Source: Lama guanicoe
Taxonomy: Eukaryota
DNA: 64,000 bases
Assembly: GCA_013239625.1 (NCBI GenBank)
Contig: MU054391.1
Span: forward strand, 1,240,001-1,304,000
Direction: 5' to 3'
Below, one piece after another: positions 61,401 to 64,000 of this stretch; within the stretch, counting starts at the first letter, position 1, and each line of letters starts with the position of its first letter. The notes below the pieces were generated by a model. It searched no databases. It saw only the letters and a program-made list of their open reading frames with translations, and was not told the origin of the DNA. A program made the translations under genes and the position numbers.

Positions 61401-61799
61401 CTTTAAAAATTGAAAAAGTTAAATGTAAATATGGAGTGCAGTACTGATCCAAGATTTATACTCAGTGTTAATGTTCAGGACTTTCTGGGAGGGGAGCACC
61501 GACTGCCGTGCTCCCCAAATGCGTCTGCCTCCGGCAGCCCCACCGCCCAGCCGTATCTGGGGCCAGCTGGTGGGCGATGGTCTGGAGAGCAGCCTTGATC
61601 AGGATCAGGGTGCTCACCTCTCCAGCTCACACTCAGAAGGTTTCACGTGAGCGTCCCCCGTCCTGTAGCTCTTCATCTGATGGTCCAGTATCTCCTGAGC
61701 CACTTCTGTGCCCAGATGGCCTTAGGTGGGACCATCCAGCAGCTGACCCTGGAGAGCAGGTCCGTGTGCCCCCGGAGGTCTGCAAGGGGCAGGACAGGG

Positions 61800-62248
61800 G
61801 AGTCCCGGGGGCCTTGAGGAGACAGAAGGAGAAGTGTCGCACACAGGAACTCAGGATGGAGACAAGCAGGCTGCCCTTCCTCCGCAGCCACCCCCAGCCG
61901 TGGCCCCAGAGGGCCTCAGGGCGGGAAGCACGGGACTCGGGCCCCAGGCAGCTCAGGAGCCGATCAGAGGAGTGGCGGCTGTGAGCCAGACTCCCGCGTC
62001 TTCCCCTCCTTAGAGAAGCACTGAGCTCCTTGACTTGAGCTCTCTGGCTCTAATTAGCAGCCGTCTTTTGCTGTTCTCACTACCTGGTCTTTGCGGCAAA
62101 AACGCCTGTGTGTCCTGGCTCCTCCCCTGCCTCTTCAGAGCTGTCCCTCGGAGCTACCCGAGAGCCTGTCTCCCGGGCCTAAGTCCCCAGAAAGTCTGCC
62201 CAGTAAAACCAATGCTCAGCTTTTAGGTTGTGCGTGTTTTTAGTGAAT
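61800..62248 (+). mobile_element. ERV1-type solo LTR (5' boundary uncertain)
   Basis: AGAAGCACTGA...CTGGCTCCTCCCC...CTGTCTCCCGGGC...CAGCTTTTAGGTTGTGCGTGTTTTTAGT follows a recalled cetartiodactyl ERV1 LTR 3' half. Confidence 0.7.
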
Positions 62249-63369
62249 GAGACGGTGGGGCTGCGGCCGCCACGTCACCGAGCAGCCAGCACACTGGCCT
62301 GTGGCCCTGGACCCCTCCTCACCAGCCCTCAGGCTCATGAGCTTTGGGGGAAAATGTGAGAAAACACAAACAAAGAAAGGAAATGAAACCAGGGACCTCT
62401 CGTGTCGCCAAGACCGCCCAGACCTCGTGGGAGACCCCGCTCCGATGCGTGTGTCACCTCGATGAAGACGTGGAGAGGGAGGTGGCCCCGGGGAAGGGGG
62501 AGGCAGTCCAGGGGAGTGATGGCGTTTCAGGAACAGAGAACGAAAACCCAGGTTCTGATGGAACTAAGACCTTAATGATAGAAAATGAAGAATCATGAAA
62601 CAGTGGGAAAAGGACGGACTAACTCCACCAACCGCACCGAGAGAATCATCTAAACGGGAAAAACTCCAAGTACAGTTTGTCTCACCTTGTGAGGAAAAAG
62701 TAAGCGGAACAAGGTAAAATCAAAATGAAACGCTGAGGCGTGCGAGCAGTGCCCCGGGCACCCTAAGCAGCCTGTGGCCCGCAGAGCGAGGTGAGGGGTG
62801 GGGCCCTGGGGTCGGACGGACGGGGTCAGTCCCAGGACCTGTCGTACGTGACACTCAGCTGCCTCAGACTTGGGTTTTCTCGCACATAAAAAGAAGAGGA
62901 GAGGCGTCCTGAAGACGAGATAGAACACTGCGTGTGAATCGCGCAGCGTGCAGCCGGCGGGTGCTGAGCACCCGCTTAACGCCAGCGATTTTTACTGCTA
63001 TAATTGTACGTATTGTATAAAAATTTCAGCAGCCATGAGGAGAGGCTTCCCCTCTCCCAGACAGCGCTCAGGCCTTCAGAACATGCCATTTCTCCGTGGC
63101 CATTGTGTTACACGGTCGAGTGAGCTTCTCCGAACCCGGCACCCCCGACCCCCACTGTGGGGCCACTGACTCCAAAGGCAGCCTTGACAAACGGTCCCAC
63201 CGGGGGCCCTCGTGGTGAAGTGTCAGGTCCTGAGCTCTGCGTCCCAGCCCGGGATCTGGTGTGGACGTAGGTCGTCCTCAGACATGGCTCGGTTAAGAGG
63301 GACCAGGAGGAGGGGAAGGGGATTAGGGAGCCCACGGTCGGCCCTGCTCTGTGATCCACAGACAAGATG

Positions 63370-63510
63370 CTGCTTCGTCTCCATGACAACACAGCCAGGA
63401 AGGCATTGTGATGGCCACCTGACAGACGAGGAGGCCAAGGGTAAGGAGGGAACCCACGCCGGGTCAGAGCTGAGGGTCAATGCAGAGGGTCTGCCTGGCC
63501 CCGGCCCAGC
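63370..63510 (-). mobile_element. MIR-like fragment containing an X-box (63377-63390)
   Basis: CATGACAACAC...TGACAGACGAGGAGGCCAAGG resembles antisense MIR; GTCTCCATGACAAC fits the RFX motif. Confidence 0.35.
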
Positions 63511-64000
63511 CTGTTCACCTCCGCCGGTGCACGGAGCCACTGGCCCCACCACGCCCAGAGCCGGGGAGAAGCCGGCGGCTCGCAGGGCCTGGGGCCCCGG
63601 GCAGACCCCGTGCTGCTTTTTCACGAGTTCTGGGAGAAGCTCAGGTGCCAGGGAGGCGGCAGTGAAAAAACTCAGCGTGGCCAGGGTCATGGAGACTCCC
63701 TTTTTAAGGAGATTTTTAGAAAAAAGAAAAGCTACGTTTCTTTTAAGGAAAAAAAAAAACCTGTACAGTGCATGCAGTCCGCATTAGAAAACAAACGCTC
63801 TTCTGACGCAAGGCGAGGGAGCAACCGGACAGCCGGGGCTTCGGTGATGTTAAGCCGTCCCGTACCCCAGCTCTCTCGTGGGCAGAAAACGAAGACGCAG
63901 CTGAGATGGTCCCCAGGCTCTATGCCTCGATTCTCAGATGAATTTGAAAATGAAATAAGTCGAAGCCACCCGCGGTGAGGGTGAGCTCGCTAACCGCCAC

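Noticed and set aside
1-64000. Assignment of a host gene symbol
   Set aside because: No recognisable coding exon in the window; naming a gene would need a BLAT/synteny search

Overview
This is mammalian genomic DNA, very GC- and CpG-rich (subtelomere-like isochore). It is most likely from a camelid (alpaca/llama/camel), based on a camelid-type tRNA-derived SINE at ~37.5 kb and a cetartiodactyl-type L1 3' end at ~61.1 kb. I could not recognise any cellular protein-coding exon. The hundreds of ORFs are Pro/Arg/Gly/Ala-rich products of high GC content; the only ORFs with recognisable homology are broken LINE-1 ORF2 fragments (33.9-35.2 kb). The window therefore looks like a large intron or intergenic regulatory region. 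It contains old interspersed repeats (L2, MIR, MLT1/MLT2, LTR33-like, ERV1-type solo LTRs, L1), two minisatellites, a 91-bp and a 625-bp tandem duplication (the latter probably an assembly artefact), an 84-N gap, a CpG island at ~38 kb, and several AT-rich enhancer-like islands. It also has RFX, REST-like, MEF2 and CRE motifs, which hint at a neuronal host locus (inference). Repeat family names come from my recall of consensus sequences and their boundaries are approximate. I found no convincing novel biological system. The best leads are a candidate alternative promoter/exon at 37.8-39.0 kb, repeated RFX X-boxes, several candidate micro/first exons and a strong AT-to-GC shift in old repeats.
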